DNA of 64,000 nucleotides from Candidatus Saccharimonadia bacterium (GTDB lineage Bacteria > Patescibacteriota > Saccharimonadia > Saccharimonadales > 2-12-FULL-41-12). The stretch covers positions 11,599-75,598 of the forward strand of contig OY970327.1 in assembly GCA_963717365.1 (NCBI GenBank). The letters are read 5' to 3'. Shown here one piece after another: positions 1-9,291 of the stretch. A model generated the notes under the pieces. That model was not told the DNA's origin. It saw only the letters and a list, made by a program, of their open reading frames with translations, and searched no databases. Every line of letters starts with the position of its first letter. Positions within the stretch are counted from its first letter, which is position 1. Made by a program: the position numbers and the translations under genes.

Positions 1-694
1 ACTCGTACAAAACAACCTGATTTGGCTGTTTATGGGTAACGTTGACCTGGTAGTGTTCGGCTCTGGCAATGATGTCCACCCCAAATTCTTCCAACGCAAA
101 TAAGTGCGGCTGGACGGTACGGATGCCCAGTTTACAACCACCGGCGTAGGGAATTTTAAATTCATCAAACAAATGCATCAGCGGGCCAAGCAACATAATG
201 ACGCTGCGAGTTTTACGTGCCGCTGCTTTATCCATTTTTTGGATCTGCAAAACTTCTGGCGGCTTAATTTCTAGGTCATTGTTAGCCATCCATCGCACTT
301 TTACGTCCATACTTACCAGTACTTCAATTAGGCGGTTTACTTCCTCGATTCTTGGCATTCGTTTAAGCCGAGTGGTGCCTTTGTTTAAAAGCGCCGCAAA
401 CAACAGACAAACCGCTGCGTTCTTTGATACTTTTGTTTCAACAGTACCCGTTAATTCGTGGCCACCTTCAATTCTTAAATTAACCGCCCCGCCACCCAAG
501 CTGATAATCTGCTTGTTTAAGACGTCGCTGATCCGGCCCAAAGTATCAAGGCTGAGGTTTTGCCGCCCTTTTTCTATCCGGTTAACTGCGCTCTGGCTGG
601 TACCGAGCCGACGGGCAAATTCTGCTTGAGTGAGACCACGTTCTTGCCGTATTTGGTAAATTAGTTGGCCTATTTTTTCATTTGTTGAAATCAT
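1..694 (-). CDS. murA: XRE-type HTH domain fused to UDP-N-acetylglucosamine 1-carboxyvinyltransferase (MurA); the C-terminal part lies outside the window
   Basis: Reverse translation from ATG at 694 gives MISTNEKIGQLIYQIRQERGLTQAEFARRLGTSQSAVNRIEKGRQNLSLDTL (HTH). It continues directly into NLRIEGGHELTGTVETKVSKNAAVCLLFAALLNKGTTRLKRMP and PYAGGCKLGIRTVQPH (MurA N-terminus and active-site Cys loop). It is absent from the ORF track because there is no stop in the window. Confidence 0.85.
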   Translation of the reverse strand, partial: MISTNEKIGQLIYQIRQERGLTQAEFARRLGTSQSAVNRIEKGRQNLSLDTLGRISDVLNKQIISLGGGAVNLRIEGGHELTGTVETKVSKNAAVCLLFAALLNKGTTRLKRMPRIEEVNRLIEVLVSMDVKVRWMANNDLEIKPPEVLQIQKMDKAAARKTRSVIMLLGPLMHLFDEFKIPYAGGCKLGIRTVQPHLFALEEFGVDIIARAEHYQVNVTHKQPNQVVLYE

Positions 695-869
695 GTAGCG
701 ATAATTATATCATTTATGATTTTTGAGTAAATACATTATTTCAGTTACGCCAAAGGTCAGTTACAATAGGGGAATGATCTAGCTTGTACTATATATTCTT
801 CAACTCTGAAATGTGCTCCAAAGGCGCGATATATACTACACAACTCTTTAAAACAAGTGAGGAAACACC

Positions 870-2147
870 ATGAAAGATTCAGTAATTGCCAACCTGATCC
901 ATGCCGAAGAACTGCGCCAGCGCGCTGGCCTGGAATTAATACCCAGCGAAAACTATGTAAGCCGCGAGGTCCTTAAGGCCCAGGGCAGCATACTTACCAA
1001 TAAATACTCAGAAGGATACCCGGGCAAACGCTATTATGGCGGTCAGGAAAATACCGATAAAATTGAGCAGATAGCTATTGACCGCGCCAAAGCGCTGTTT
1101 GGCTGTGATCACGCTAATGTCCAGCCACATTCCGGCGCCCCAGCCAACATTGCAGTCTATCAAGCCTGGCTTGAACCTGGCGACACCGTAATGGGCATGA
1201 AACTAGACCACGGCGGCCACTTAACCCACGGTCATCCGGTAACTGCATCAGCTAAGCTCTATAATTTTGTCCGCTACGGCATCAAAGATGTAGAAACGGG
1301 CGAGATTGACTACGAAGAAATGCGTGATGTAGCACTACGTGAGAAGCCAAAGCTGATCATTGCCGGCTTTAGCGGTTATCCGCGCAGTCTCGACTATGCC
1401 AAGTTCGCCGCTATTGGTCAGGAAGTCGGTGCCGTCCTGATGGCTGACATGGCCCACATTGCTGGATTAATTGCCGGCAAGGCGTTGCCTAACCCGTTTG
1501 ACTACGGCTTTCAAGTAGTAACCAGTACCACGCATAAAACACTGCGCGGTCCCCGCGGTGGTCTTATCATGAGCAACGGCACCGTTGGTAACCCAATGAA
1601 AGCTCCCGAGAAAACTATTGAAAATCTGCCAACCTTGATTGACCGTTCCATTTTCCCTGGTTCCCAAGGCGGCCCGCATATGCACACTATTGCTGCCAAA
1701 GCAGTCTGTTTTGGAGAGGCCCAACAGCCTGAATATGAAGTCTATGCCCATCAGGTAATCAAGAACGCTAAGAAATTAGCCGAAATGATGATGAAGCGTG
1801 GCTTTAAGCTTGTTACCAATGGTACAGATAATCATCTCATCTTAGCCGACGTTAAAACATCTTTTGACATCGACGGCGACGTTGCCGAAAAAGCTCTGGA
1901 TAGGATTGGCCTAACTCTCAATAAAAATGCTATTCCAAATGACACTCTGCCTCCGTTCCGTCCCAGTGGCATCCGTCTTGGCACGCCCGCCATCACTACC
2001 CGTGGCATGAAAGAAGAGCACATGGAAATCATCGCTGGCTGGATGCACCAGGCAATTACCAGCCGTGATGAAGAAAACACGCTTGATAAACTAGCTAAAG
2101 AAGTTAAAGATTTTGCCCTGCAGTTCCCGCTACCCAGCGACAGCTAA
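870..2147 (+). CDS. glyA: serine hydroxymethyltransferase
   Basis: 425 aa. LELIPSENYVS, YSEGYPGKRYYGG and the PLP-lysine motif TTHKTLRGPRGG are present. A GAGGA RBS precedes the ATG. Confidence 0.97.
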   Translation: MKDSVIANLIHAEELRQRAGLELIPSENYVSREVLKAQGSILTNKYSEGYPGKRYYGGQENTDKIEQIAIDRAKALFGCDHANVQPHSGAPANIAVYQAWLEPGDTVMGMKLDHGGHLTHGHPVTASAKLYNFVRYGIKDVETGEIDYEEMRDVALREKPKLIIAGFSGYPRSLDYAKFAAIGQEVGAVLMADMAHIAGLIAGKALPNPFDYGFQVVTSTTHKTLRGPRGGLIMSNGTVGNPMKAPEKTIENLPTLIDRSIFPGSQGGPHMHTIAAKAVCFGEAQQPEYEVYAHQVIKNAKKLAEMMMKRGFKLVTNGTDNHLILADVKTSFDIDGDVAEKALDRIGLTLNKNAIPNDTLPPFRPSGIRLGTPAITTRGMKEEHMEIIAGWMHQAITSRDEENTLDKLAKEVKDFALQFPLPSDS

Positions 2148-3196
2148 ATAAGCTCTGGTTCCTGCTCCAGAGTAATACCGTATTTTGTCTTAACGGCTGC
2201 CATAACCGCGTCACGGAAGGCGATTAAGCTAGCCGTATTAGGGGCTGATTCATTAACGAATACGAGTGCCTGTTTATCCCAGATAGCCATGCCGGTATTG
2301 GGCTCGTGATAACCTTTTAGACCGAGCTGTTCAAGCAACCAACCGGCCGAAACCTTAGCCTTGTCTTCATCGATTTGCCAAAATTTAATGCTAGGGTATT
2401 GGTCAACCAACTGGTTGATTTGCTCGGTGCCAATAATAGGATTTCCAAAAAATGAACCGCAGTTGGCCACAACGGCCGGGTCGGGCAGTTTGCTGCTACG
2501 AATCGCTATCACGGCATCACGCAACTGGGCTAAGGTTGGATGACTGATACTTTGTTCTTGAAGATAGCGGTCTACAGAGTCATAAAAAGGTCTCATTGGT
2601 GGATTTTTTGTGAGAGCATAGGTAATTGATGTAATAAAGAAACGGCCCTTATCGGTTGTCTTAAAGCGGCTGGTTCGGTAACCAAAGCCGCAATCAATTT
2701 TAGGAATAACTATAATTTTTTTATCTTGCCGGTCATACGCTTGAACGCATACCAACACTTCCGACGTTTCCCGCCCGTAAGCACCAACATTCTGGATCGG
2801 CGTAGCACCAGCGCTACCCGGAATCAGAGATAATTGCTCAATCCCAGCCAACCCCTGGGCCACACATCGCTCAACTACGCTATCCCATGGTTCGCCAGCG
2901 CCAACAATTAAAAAACTTTGTTCGCCCTGGTCTTGTATTTCGTAGCCAGCAATTTTATTGACCATTACTAAGCCGTTAAAGCCGGCGTCGTTCCAAATAA
3001 TATTGCTGCCACCACCGATCATAATTACCGGAATATTTTGTGCGTCCGCCCAATCAATAGCCGGTCCAATTTCATGGGGACTGGTTATATCCATTAGAAA
3101 GGCAGCGTTTCCGCCGAGCCGCATTGTTGAATATTGCTTAAGCGATACGTTTGTTTGAGGGTTTATCTGCATAGCGTTAGCACTATTATAACCCAC
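2144..3196 (-). CDS. murB: UDP-N-acetylenolpyruvoylglucosamine reductase
   Basis: 350 aa with a FAD-binding MurB-type N-terminus (LKQYSTMRLGGNA, IGGGSNIIW) and a MurB C-terminal domain. Its 3' end overlaps the glyA stop by 4 nt. Confidence 0.93.
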   Translation of the reverse strand: MGYNSANAMQINPQTNVSLKQYSTMRLGGNAAFLMDITSPHEIGPAIDWADAQNIPVIMIGGGSNIIWNDAGFNGLVMVNKIAGYEIQDQGEQSFLIVGAGEPWDSVVERCVAQGLAGIEQLSLIPGSAGATPIQNVGAYGRETSEVLVCVQAYDRQDKKIIVIPKIDCGFGYRTSRFKTTDKGRFFITSITYALTKNPPMRPFYDSVDRYLQEQSISHPTLAQLRDAVIAIRSSKLPDPAVVANCGSFFGNPIIGTEQINQLVDQYPSIKFWQIDEDKAKVSAGWLLEQLGLKGYHEPNTGMAIWDKQALVFVNESAPNTASLIAFRDAVMAAVKTKYGITLEQEPELI

Positions 3197-3268
3197 CAGC
3201 CGTTCGCAGTAAGGCTAAATCCCTGTTAACTTGAATCGATGGGATAATAGGCGTACTCTAGTAGGACT

Positions 3269-3823
3269 ATGAGTACACATAACAACGACCGATACGTAGC
3301 ATTAGGAGCCAGACTTAAGTTTCTCCGCGAACAATGGCAGCAGTCCGTAGCCGACCTGTCAAACACTCTTGAAATCGATGAAAAAATGCTTCGTGCCTTT
3401 GAATCTGGAAAAATTGCTCCTCCCGCCGAAGTACTCGATATGTTAATCGGACACTTTTTACTCACTGAAGACCAGGCACAGGATCTGCGTGATTTAGTAG
3501 AAGACGAGCGTGAAACCGACGGTAACCTTGCCGGCGCTATGGAAGACATGCTGGCCAAACAATTTATTATGTTTATGCCGGTCGACAGCCGGGTCGTGTA
3601 CACCGATTCCATGCAGGCTACTATCACCGAAAGCGGCGTAGTTATGCAGTTTATGCAACAGGCCGGTAATGGCCAGCCCGTGCCAGTCAGCCGGGTTGGT
3701 ATGAGCCGTGAGCATGCCGAAAAAGTCATTGAAGTGCTGCAAAATACACTTAAGCATCACGATCAGCATGGGCAAAAAAAATTATCCTCTCCGGATAATA
3801 ACCAAAACAACCCAAATCAGTAA
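3269..3823 (+). CDS. HTH (XRE-like) DNA-binding protein, function unknown
   Basis: 184 aa. The N-terminus LGARLKFLREQWQQSVADLSNTLEIDEKMLRAFESGK looks like an XRE HTH. The C-terminal part is unrecognised. Confidence 0.55.
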   Translation: MSTHNNDRYVALGARLKFLREQWQQSVADLSNTLEIDEKMLRAFESGKIAPPAEVLDMLIGHFLLTEDQAQDLRDLVEDERETDGNLAGAMEDMLAKQFIMFMPVDSRVVYTDSMQATITESGVVMQFMQQAGNGQPVPVSRVGMSREHAEKVIEVLQNTLKHHDQHGQKKLSSPDNNQNNPNQ

Positions 3824-3827
3824 CTAG

Positions 3828-4313
3828 CTATTTATTGTTCGGCTTTTCCAGAGTAGCTAGCTGATTTAATACTTTTATATATATTCTGAGATCTTCAGGC
3901 GTAATTCGGTCGTATAATTTAGCGCGCAATTTTTGACGCATTTTTTCTTCAATAATAAGACACTCTGCCTTGTAGGCAGGCTTTAGCTGGACCAGGCGAA
4001 CCCGACTATCCTTAAGGTGTTCTTTGCGCACAACCATACCTTTTAACTCCAGTACGTTAATGCTGTTAGTTAGAAACGATACCCCGGTATCTAATTTTTT
4101 TGCAAGGTCAGTAATACTGATGCCATTACCCCCGGCATCATAAATAGTTCCAATGATAAACCACTGCATAGTACTAAGATTATGTTCTTTCAAAAGGTCA
4201 GTGGTAATTTTATTGATAACACGAAAGGCAGTTGATTGAACAACACCAGCCTGGTAGGTGGTAATATCTCCCAGGTTAAACTCCTTATCGCTACTGCTAG
4301 TTGACTTTTGCAT
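3828..4313 (-). CDS. MarR family transcriptional regulator
   Basis: 161 aa. The winged-helix core LSTMQWFIIGTIYDAGGNGISITDLAKKLDTGVSFLTNSINVLELKGMVVRKEHLKDSRV is typical of MarR. Confidence 0.8.
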   Translation of the reverse strand: MQKSTSSSDKEFNLGDITTYQAGVVQSTAFRVINKITTDLLKEHNLSTMQWFIIGTIYDAGGNGISITDLAKKLDTGVSFLTNSINVLELKGMVVRKEHLKDSRVRLVQLKPAYKAECLIIEEKMRQKLRAKLYDRITPEDLRIYIKVLNQLATLEKPNNK

Positions 4314-4324
4314 ATATCAATAAT

Positions 4325-4356
4325 ACTATATGATATAGTTTACTTTGTAAAGTAAA
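4325..4356. promoter_or_regulatory. two adjacent palindromes in the divergent MarR/4393 intergenic region (candidate MarR operators)
   Basis: actatat-g-atatagt (4325-4339, 7-1-7) and tttacttt-gt-aaagtaaa (4339-4356, 8-2-8), read directly from the sequence. Confidence 0.4.
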
Positions 4357-4392
4357 TATCAAATGGTCTAATTCTATATAAAGGGGAATTCG

Positions 4393-5079
4393 ATGGAAAA
4401 AAGCAGTAAAACTACAATGGCTATCACTACACTAGTAGTAGGTGCCGTAATCGGTGGAGTCGCCGGATATGCTATCAGTAGCAATAAAGATGACGACTCA
4501 AGTACCACTCAAACATCCCAATCAGCAGTTCCAACTACTGCTACAAAAGCAGCCGATCTTCGTGTAGCGCTAAATAACCTCGAGTCAGAACACGTTGACC
4601 TGGCCGCGGCGGCTACCCGGGCTGGTTTTGACGGTGATCCGCAGTTCATGGCCGCCGCCGGCGCGCTAGGAAAGAATACCGATAACCTGTCGGCAGCCAT
4701 CGCCAGCGTTTACGGCGAACCAGCCGGTGCACAGTTCAAAGAAATTTGGGCCAGCCACATTGGTTTCTTCGTTGACTACACAGTTGCAGCTAAGGGCGGC
4801 GATCAGGCCGGTATGGATAAAGCCGTACAAAACCTGAATGGTTACGTAGAAGCCATCTCAGCCTTCTTAAGCGGTGCAAATCCTAATCTGCCAAAAGAGG
4901 TAGTTGCCCAGGTGGTAGGCGAGCACGTTGGGTTGCTGAAAGAAGCAGTCGACAAGCACGGCGCCGGTGATTACGCTGGTTCTTACGACGCGCAAGACCG
5001 TGCTCGTGTCCAGATCACCAAAACTATTGCCGACACTATTGCCGGCGCAATCGTTAAGCAAAGCCCTAACAAGTTTTAG
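4393..5079 (+). CDS. membrane-anchored/secreted helical protein, function unknown
   Basis: 228 aa. It has an N-terminal TM/signal (MAITTLVVGAVIGGVAGYAI), then an Ala-rich helical domain. An AGGGGA RBS lies upstream. Confidence 0.6.
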   Translation: MEKSSKTTMAITTLVVGAVIGGVAGYAISSNKDDDSSTTQTSQSAVPTTATKAADLRVALNNLESEHVDLAAAATRAGFDGDPQFMAAAGALGKNTDNLSAAIASVYGEPAGAQFKEIWASHIGFFVDYTVAAKGGDQAGMDKAVQNLNGYVEAISAFLSGANPNLPKEVVAQVVGEHVGLLKEAVDKHGAGDYAGSYDAQDRARVQITKTIADTIAGAIVKQSPNKF

Positions 5080-5104
5080 CGAGTCCTATTACTGGCTATA
5101 CAGC

Positions 5105-5137
5105 CAAAAAAACGCCTGCGACAGTCAGGCGTTTTTT
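5105..5137. terminator. bidirectional rho-independent terminator between convergent genes
   Basis: aaaaaacgcctg-cgacagt-caggcgtttttt: a GC stem flanked by an A-run and a T-run. Confidence 0.7.
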
Positions 5138-5250
5138 AATTGCTTACACCATGATTGCGGCTATAGTTACATCTCATAAAAATTTAATGAAATAATTATG
5201 AAGCACAACTATAGTACTGAATATAACGTGAAGTAGCGCACGGGAGACTT

Positions 5251-5955
5251 CTATATTTCGGTGTAACCCGGGAAGTAATCGGTTACTAGATGTTTTTTAA
5301 TCACGCCGAGCCCCTTTAACTCCTTGTAGAGTGCTTCAGTCATTGGTTCTGGCCCAGACAAGTAAATATATTTATTTTCATGGCCGTCAGCCAGAGAAAT
5401 GATACGGTCGGCATCAAGTCGGCCGGTTTCACCCTTCCAGCCAGGAGAGGGTTGCCCGATTACGGGTATAAAAGTTACTCCGGCTGTTTTAAATATATCT
5501 ACAAAAGCAAACTCTTTGGCAGTAGCAACCGCGTAAATAAGGATGACTGAGCGTTTTTCTCCAGTATCATGCAAAGACTTGATCATACTGCGCATTGGGG
5601 TTACGCCAATGCCACCCGCTACAAATACTAGCTCAATCGTTGCGTCTTTCGGTAGCACGAAGTCTCCCATAGCTTCGGACATAGTAATTTCACTGTTGGC
5701 ATCCAAGGCCTGGAGGGCCTGTTTAAAGCTGCTACCATTTTCACGGGCTAGTTTAGTGGTTATTGATACTAAAGGCTCTGTGGGTGATGAGGAGAGCGTA
5801 AACCAGCGTTTATCACCTCGGTTATCTTTATTATCATGCGGAATTCGTAATTCTATAAATTGCCCGGCGGTATGGCGTAGCGAACGTTCCGGTTTAAACC
5901 AGAACGTCTTAATGTTTTCAGCAATATCCTCAACGTGATCAAGTTCTACGCGCAT
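5251..5955 (-). CDS. FNR-like FAD/NAD(P)-binding oxidoreductase
   Basis: AGQFIELRIPH, RWFTLSSSP (RxYS-type FAD motif) and VFVAGGIGVTPMRSMI (NAD(P) motif). The start is placed at MRVELDH (5955) rather than the upstream ATG at 6012. Confidence 0.8.
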   Translation of the reverse strand: MRVELDHVEDIAENIKTFWFKPERSLRHTAGQFIELRIPHDNKDNRGDKRWFTLSSSPTEPLVSITTKLARENGSSFKQALQALDANSEITMSEAMGDFVLPKDATIELVFVAGGIGVTPMRSMIKSLHDTGEKRSVILIYAVATAKEFAFVDIFKTAGVTFIPVIGQPSPGWKGETGRLDADRIISLADGHENKYIYLSGPEPMTEALYKELKGLGVIKKHLVTDYFPGYTEI

Positions 5956-5983
5956 ATACGCTCCTTTTAGTCTGTGATTTATT

Positions 5984-6517
5984 ATGTATGATACTATTCC
6001 TTTTATGAACAATACATTGGATTTTAAATTCCTGATAAGTGATACACGCTCACGGGTGTATCTGTTGTGGGCCGTTTTAGTAACGGTTGGCTTCGTCGCT
6101 ACCCATTACTATCAGATGAAAAATATTAACGCGGTCTGGTTTGTTCTCTCGGTAATTGGCTTAGGTTATATGTTCAAGGCCATGCCCTTGAAGATTAAGT
6201 CCATGCGCAATATTTTCTTGGCTTGGCTTATACCAATTTTGTTTGGTATGACAGTTTCCGGTTTGGCTTTTAGGATTGATTCTTTGGCTGAAATAATTCC
6301 CTATCTTGGTGCCTTCTGGTTGCTTGTTATGTCAGCAGGCTACGCGCTCAATGGTTTGGTTGACTCACCGTCAACTTGGTATTGGTTCGCTGCTATGCTG
6401 AATCTCGCCGCCGGTTTGGCTTGTTTCTTCCTGGAACCATTTACGGCTGCCCAGTATCTGGTAGCCGCCGCGGTCAGTGCTTGGTCGATGCTGAATCTTT
6501 GGATATTTCGCACCTAG
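5984..6517 (+). CDS. integral membrane protein, function unknown
   Basis: 177 aa with about 5 hydrophobic helices. The start is uncertain (5984 or 6005). Confidence 0.55.
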   Translation: MYDTIPFMNNTLDFKFLISDTRSRVYLLWAVLVTVGFVATHYYQMKNINAVWFVLSVIGLGYMFKAMPLKIKSMRNIFLAWLIPILFGMTVSGLAFRIDSLAEIIPYLGAFWLLVMSAGYALNGLVDSPSTWYWFAAMLNLAAGLACFFLEPFTAAQYLVAAAVSAWSMLNLWIFRT

Positions 6518-6527
6518 CGATCGCTGA

Positions 6528-7049
6528 CTAGTTTTTAATTTTATTGTCTTCGGCGCTTTTCGAAGGGTCGTATACAATTATCGTAATAGTATAGTCGCGG
6601 TCAAGATTATCGTGGAAATTAAATTTACCCGATTCTTTAAACTGGACCCGATAGCCCTCTTCGGCTTTAAAGACACCTGAATCTATTTGTCCTTCTCCGC
6701 CGTGGTGATCACTACCATGTCCGCCCAGAACAATTTGATGGTTGCCACCGTCTTTGCTATTAAATTGCACGTACTCACCTTTGTTAACCAGTAAATCAAT
6801 TGGTTGGTCATTGTCCCTATGTACATCTACGTTATGAATAGTTATGCCATCGATGGTGACAGCTCCGGCACTGGTTGTAACGGGACTGTCGTTCAACCGA
6901 CTTACAATTACAAATGATATTACAAAGCCAATCAGTAAGGCAGGCAATAGTAGCAACAACGGCTTCACTTCCGTGGTTTTCTCAACTGGCTTTTTTGCGA
7001 CAGAAGTTTTTTTCTTGCCAACGGTTTTATTCGACGACACTAATAGCAC
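6528..7049 (-). CDS. membrane-anchored beta-rich protein with a His-rich loop (cupredoxin-like arrangement but no Cys ligand)
   Basis: 173 aa with an N-terminal TM. It carries GNHQIVLGGHGSDHHGGEG and FNFHDNLDRDYTITIIVY. It lies directly downstream of the cupredoxin gene, with a 23-nt overlap. Confidence 0.5.
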   Translation of the reverse strand: MLLVSSNKTVGKKKTSVAKKPVEKTTEVKPLLLLLPALLIGFVISFVIVSRLNDSPVTTSAGAVTIDGITIHNVDVHRDNDQPIDLLVNKGEYVQFNSKDGGNHQIVLGGHGSDHHGGEGQIDSGVFKAEEGYRVQFKESGKFNFHDNLDRDYTITIIVYDPSKSAEDNKIKN

Positions 7050-7476
7050 CCTTCATATACGGATGTGGTTCGCAGTTGTAGTTAAATGTCCCTGCGGTAG
7101 CAAAGGTATATTCAAATTTTTCGCCCTTAGCTAACAGCTCGCCCTGAGGTCCGCCTGAATCTTTACTGAATACATTGTGCCGTTCTTTATCTTGGTTAGT
7201 CCAGACTACTTTTGTGCCTTTGGATATTTTAATGCTCTTTTTAGCGAACATGAAGTTTTGAATATCCATCGTTACTTCAGTCTGACCGGTTAGGTCTTCT
7301 TCTCCGTTTGATGTTGAGTCTTGCTGCATTTCCATCTTGCCCATATCAGTGCTAGACGAGTTTTGGGTGGTTGAGGTTGCTGTAGTAGTATTTTCCGGCT
7401 TATTAGCCATGACTACGCCTACAATTACTAGCACCGCCACCACCGCGACCCCAGCTCCAACGATATTTTTATTCAT
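7027..7476 (-). CDS. type-1 copper protein (amicyanin/plastocyanin-like cupredoxin), membrane anchored
   Basis: 149 aa. The ligand pattern is H (ERHNVF) followed by C-E-P-H-P-Y-M, which matches the amicyanin-type CxPHPxM. It has an N-terminal TM anchor. Confidence 0.85.
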   Translation of the reverse strand: MNKNIVGAGVAVVAVLVIVGVVMANKPENTTTATSTTQNSSSTDMGKMEMQQDSTSNGEEDLTGQTEVTMDIQNFMFAKKSIKISKGTKVVWTNQDKERHNVFSKDSGGPQGELLAKGEKFEYTFATAGTFNYNCEPHPYMKGAISVVE

Positions 7477-7609
7477 GATTCTCTAACCTCCTCTAAATAT
7501 AATTATAAGCCCAAACGAGCTGCTATTTAGTAATTGCATAGTACCATGTTTAATTTAGTTTAGTTAGTGTAGTATATTACAAGATGGAAAACCGTATAAT
7601 TATATCTAA

Positions 7610-8764
7610 ATGAGTCTTAAAAAAATTACTTCAAAGGTGGCAGCAAAGCCCTATAGCTTGCTGGCAAACAATCGTTTTTGGCTGCTTTGTGGCAGCGCGC
7701 TGCTAGCTATTATGACGTTGGTTTCGGTATGGACGCTGTTGCCTGCCGGCGACCTGCGACTTATTCGCTTACAACAAGCTTACGGATTTTTCTCATTAAT
7801 CTTTTTGTATTTCGCCCTGCTAGCCGCGCCACTCACTAAGCTATTTCCAGCAATGAGAGGTAAGATTGAATACTTGCATCTGCGCCGAGCGATTGGCGTC
7901 AGTGCGTTCTTTTTCGCACTGCTGCACGCCCTGATTTCGTTTTTTGGACAGCTCGGCGGCTTTTCTGGCCTTACTTTTCTTTCCACTCGCTACAATGTGG
8001 CATTGTTGCTCGGCTTTGCAGCCTTAATTGTTTTAACGGCTATGGCAGCCACGTCTTTTGATAAAGTCATCGAGAAGATGGGTTTCCCTCGTTGGAAACG
8101 ATTGCACCGCCTAATCTACGTCATGAGCTTAGCAATTTTGCTACACATTGTAATGCTGGGAACCCACTATGCTTATGGCTCGAACATCATTGCCCGTATC
8201 ACGCTAGTTGCGGTATTGATTTTATTTATGCTTGAAGCGGTGCGCTTGGACAGGTGGTTAAAAAAACGTTTTACCGTTTTGCAACATTTTGGAGTTGCTG
8301 GCATGGTCGTATTACATCTATTGTTTTTAGGTACTGGCTTTCTACTTGGAAAAAATAGCAACGTTGATCTAGGAACTATCAAAGCCCACAATGATCACAC
8401 CAGTGATTCCTCAAGTTCAACAGACACGCCCTATATTTCGTTTGAGACGTCGCCAACTATTAATGGCAGATCAGTTCAAATTAGCCAACAAAAGATATCT
8501 TTTAATGAGCTGATAGCGGGAAATGCCATTATTAATTTTACAATCACGCCTAGTTTAACCGAACTTAAATCAACCGAATGCTTCCTAGTTAACCAGCAAA
8601 CATATATGTATTACCACGGACTTACTAAGCAAGTGGGTGAGACTATTCAGTGTCTGCCAATTGGCGATGAAGATCCACCTCCTGCCGGACAGTACACGCT
8701 TTATTTACGATTGATACGTGTCACGGAAACAAACACACTACCGTTTAATCTGGAGATTACATGA
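7610..8764 (+). CDS. ferric-reductase-like transmembrane (di-heme type) protein with an extra C-terminal domain
   Basis: 384 aa, 6 TM. His pairs sit in helices (HLRRAIGVSAFFFALLHALISF; HRLIYVMSLAILLHIVML), as in FRD/YedZ-type domains. About 130 aa at the C-terminus are unrecognised. Confidence 0.7.
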   Translation: MSLKKITSKVAAKPYSLLANNRFWLLCGSALLAIMTLVSVWTLLPAGDLRLIRLQQAYGFFSLIFLYFALLAAPLTKLFPAMRGKIEYLHLRRAIGVSAFFFALLHALISFFGQLGGFSGLTFLSTRYNVALLLGFAALIVLTAMAATSFDKVIEKMGFPRWKRLHRLIYVMSLAILLHIVMLGTHYAYGSNIIARITLVAVLILFMLEAVRLDRWLKKRFTVLQHFGVAGMVVLHLLFLGTGFLLGKNSNVDLGTIKAHNDHTSDSSSSTDTPYISFETSPTINGRSVQISQQKISFNELIAGNAIINFTITPSLTELKSTECFLVNQQTYMYYHGLTKQVGETIQCLPIGDEDPPPAGQYTLYLRLIRVTETNTLPFNLEIT

Positions 8765-9291
8765 TGAAAAAAATAGTAATTATAGCTCTGGCCTCGGTTG
8801 GTCTTTGCAATTTTCTGTTGACTGCCAACGTCAGTGCACATGTGTTAGAGACAGCGGGAAGTATTGGCGCGGTTTTGCATATTGATCCCGACGACGATCC
8901 GGTAGCGGGCGAAAAGAGCGGTATATATTTCGAAATTAAAGATAAAACCAATCGTTTCAAAGCCCAGGACTGTAACTGTCGGCTAATAATTGATCGGGCT
9001 GGACAGACCATCTACGATCAACCATTTACCAAGTCCGAAGGAGGGGAATTTACTTTCCCTGCACGTGATGTCTACACCGTAAAAGCGGTTGGAGCTCCAA
9101 AGATTACTGGAGCGTTTGATTCGTTTGAATTGAGCTATGATATTCGCGTTCAACGAGGGATGAACCAGCAGGGCGTTAGTACCATTAACTCCGGTCAAAC
9201 TAAGAAAATTGCTCTTCTTATAGTTGCTTTAGTCGCCATAATTGTACTGGTAGTCGGCTTACGGTATAAAATAACAAAGAACGCGGAGTGA
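8761..9291 (+). CDS. secreted protein with a predicted mature N-terminal His and a C-terminal TM anchor, function unknown
   Basis: 176 aa. The signal peptide ends NVSA|HVLETAGS. There is a C-terminal TM (IALLIVALVAIIVLVVGL). The start overlaps the upstream stop (ATGATG). Confidence 0.6.
   Translation: MMKKIVIIALASVGLCNFLLTANVSAHVLETAGSIGAVLHIDPDDDPVAGEKSGIYFEIKDKTNRFKAQDCNCRLIIDRAGQTIYDQPFTKSEGGEFTFPARDVYTVKAVGAPKITGAFDSFELSYDIRVQRGMNQQGVSTINSGQTKKIALLIVALVAIIVLVVGLRYKITKNAE

Noticed and set aside
198-629. 143-aa plus-strand ORF in the track
   Set aside because: It is the antisense shadow of the HTH-MurA gene. The minus-strand translation carries clear HTH and MurA motifs. The plus-strand product is low-complexity with no motif.
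695-869. Folate/ZTP-type riboswitch upstream of glyA (and upstream of folD at 19746-19801)
   Set aside because: I could not find the conserved ZTP (pfl) or THF motif cores by eye. The folD leader is too short. A covariance-model scan would be needed to exclude this fully.
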